This document shows positions 62,997 through 64,000 of a stretch of 64,000 nucleotides of DNA, one piece after another. Location: positions 2,671,219 through 2,735,218 of the forward strand of contig OY970120.1 in assembly GCA_963705885.1 (NCBI GenBank), given 5' to 3'. Position 1 is the stretch's first letter. The number at the start of each line of letters is the position of its first letter. The notes under the pieces were generated by a model, which was given only the letters and a program-made list of their open reading frames with translations, ran no database searches and was not told the origin of the DNA. The stretch is from an uncultured Actinomycetota bacterium (GTDB taxonomy: Bacteria > Actinomycetota > Actinomycetes > JACCUZ01). The translations under genes were made by a program, and so were the position numbers.

Positions 62997-63914
62997 TCAG
63001 CGGGGCAGGCTCGGGCCGCCCGGGTCCGCTGACCCCTGGTCGCCACCGCCGAGCATGCCGCCGATGCCCTTGAGGGCCTCCCCCAGCTCGCTGGGCACGA
63101 TCCAGACCTTGTTGCTGTCGCCCCGCGCGATCTGCGGCAGGGTCTGGAGGTACTGGTAGGCCAGCAGCTTCTGGTCGGGGTTGCCGGCGTGGATCGCCTC
63201 GAAGACCTTCTGGATCGCCTGCGCCTCGCCGTCGGCCCGCAGCACGGCCGCCTGCGCGTCACCCTCGGCCTTGAGGATCGACGCCTGCCGCTCGCCCTCG
63301 GCGGTGAGGATCTGCGACTGCTTGAAGCCCTCGGCGGTGAGGATCGTGGCGCGCTTCTCGCGGTCGGCGCGCATCTGCTTCTCCATCGAGTCCTGGATGG
63401 AGGTCGGCGGGTCGATCGCCTTGATCTCGACGCGGTTGACGCGGATGCCCCACTTGCCGGTGGCCTCGTCGAGCACCCCCCGCAGGGCGCCGTTGATGTG
63501 GTCGCGGGAGGTCAGCGTCTCCTCGAGGTTCAGGTTGCCGACGACGTTGCGCAACGTCGTGACGGTGAGCTGCTCGACGCCCTGGATGTAGTCCGCGATC
63601 TCGTAGGTCGCCGACTTGGCGTCGGTCACCTGGAAGTAGATGACCGTGTCGATGCCGACGACGAGGTTGTCGGCCGTGATGACCGGCTGCGGCGGGAAGG
63701 ACACGACCTGCTCGCGGAGGTCGATCATCGGCCGGAGGCGGTCGACGAACGGCACCAGGATCGTCAGCCCCGGCGTCAGCGTCCGCTGGTAGCGCCCGAG
63801 CCGCTCGACCACGCCGGCTCGCGCCTGCGGGATGATGCGCACCGTCTTGGCGAGCGCGGTGAGCACCAGCAGCGCGAGCACGCCGACGACGACGAGCGCG
63901 ACAACGGACTCCAT
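62997..63914 (-). CDS. SPFH/band-7 (stomatin/prohibitin-like) family protein
   Basis: N-terminal TM, SPFH domain (RIIPQARAGVVERLGRYQRTLTPGLTILVPFVDR), C-terminal coiled-coil repeats (ILTAEGERQASILKAEGDAQAAVLRADGEAQA). Confidence 0.85.
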   Translation of the reverse strand: MESVVALVVVGVLALLVLTALAKTVRIIPQARAGVVERLGRYQRTLTPGLTILVPFVDRLRPMIDLREQVVSFPPQPVITADNLVVGIDTVIYFQVTDAKSATYEIADYIQGVEQLTVTTLRNVVGNLNLEETLTSRDHINGALRGVLDEATGKWGIRVNRVEIKAIDPPTSIQDSMEKQMRADREKRATILTAEGFKQSQILTAEGERQASILKAEGDAQAAVLRADGEAQAIQKVFEAIHAGNPDQKLLAYQYLQTLPQIARGDSNKVWIVPSELGEALKGIGGMLGGGDQGSADPGGPSLPR

Positions 63915-64000
63915 CAGATCTCCGATTCGTAGACGATGACGGTGGCCCCGTCGATCTGCACGATCTCGACGTTGCGGCCGGCCTCGATGCTGACCGACGG
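63914..64000 (-). CDS. NfeD family protein, C-terminal end (gene continues beyond window end)
   Basis: Minus-strand translation ...PSVSIEAGRNVEIVQIDGATVIVYESEI* is the NfeD OB-fold C-terminus. Its stop overlaps the SPFH start codon (ATGA). Confidence 0.55.
   Translation of the reverse strand, partial: PSVSIEAGRNVEIVQIDGATVIVYESEI

Overview
High-GC (~70-72%) actinobacterial chromosome segment. Gene order is syntenic with the Mycobacterium/Nocardioides-type Pup-proteasome neighbourhood. All calls rest on reading the six-frame translations for family motifs; no database searches were run.

Content, 5' to 3':
- acyl-CoA dehydrogenase (5' partial), M24 aminopeptidase, 5'-3' exonuclease, HelY helicase, DAG-kinase-like lipid kinase, tatC, tatA
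- two small coupled ORFs, then pafC-pafB (overlapping), two FKBP isomerases, pafA
- a large secreted DUF1906/GH25-like protein, a NUDIX gene abutting prcA, then prcA-prcB-pup-dop
- a NUDIX plus membrane protein pair, then arc/mpa
- trmI, an M50/CBS protease, a Cas4-like PD-(D/E)XK nuclease, a MacB-type ABC pair, a HAD hydrolase overlapping metH
- PAC2, mshC, the SCO1664-family / DUF3090 / histidine-phosphatase trio, corA
- two tandem coiled-coil M23 peptidases, a VOC protein, uppP
- a frameshifted LLM (F420) oxidoreductase and a frameshifted aldo/keto reductase, a 61-aa conserved protein, an M20 peptidase
- tRNA-Leu(GAG), followed by a lower-GC islet holding an SRPBCC gene and a DUF222-HNH endonuclease, plus decayed ORF fragments that may be an integrase remnant
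- rbpA, an FmdB zinc-ribbon protein, a VOC-GrpB fusion, LtrA
- a SatD-like regulator with a membrane partner, an NAD-dependent epimerase, a frameshifted PHM/DBH-like copper monooxygenase lipoprotein, DUF1206, a TrmH methyltransferase, a GGDEF-EAL protein, a TauE exporter, a lytic transglycosylase, and an SPFH/NfeD pair (NfeD 5' partial)

No CRISPR arrays or rRNA genes are present. Many long ORFs in the supplied track are antisense or out-of-frame GC artefacts, or carry spurious N-terminal extensions; I trimmed starts where the protein sequence justified it.

Three genes (LLM oxidoreductase, aldo/keto reductase, copper monooxygenase) each show a single 1-nt frame break. I cannot tell from sequence alone whether these are real pseudogenes or assembly errors.

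Most worth following up: the tRNA-Leu islet, the bacterial PHM/DBH-like copper monooxygenase, the SatD-like two-gene module, the multidomain DUF1906 secreted protein lodged in the Pup-proteasome cluster, and the two small coupled genes between tatA and pafC.
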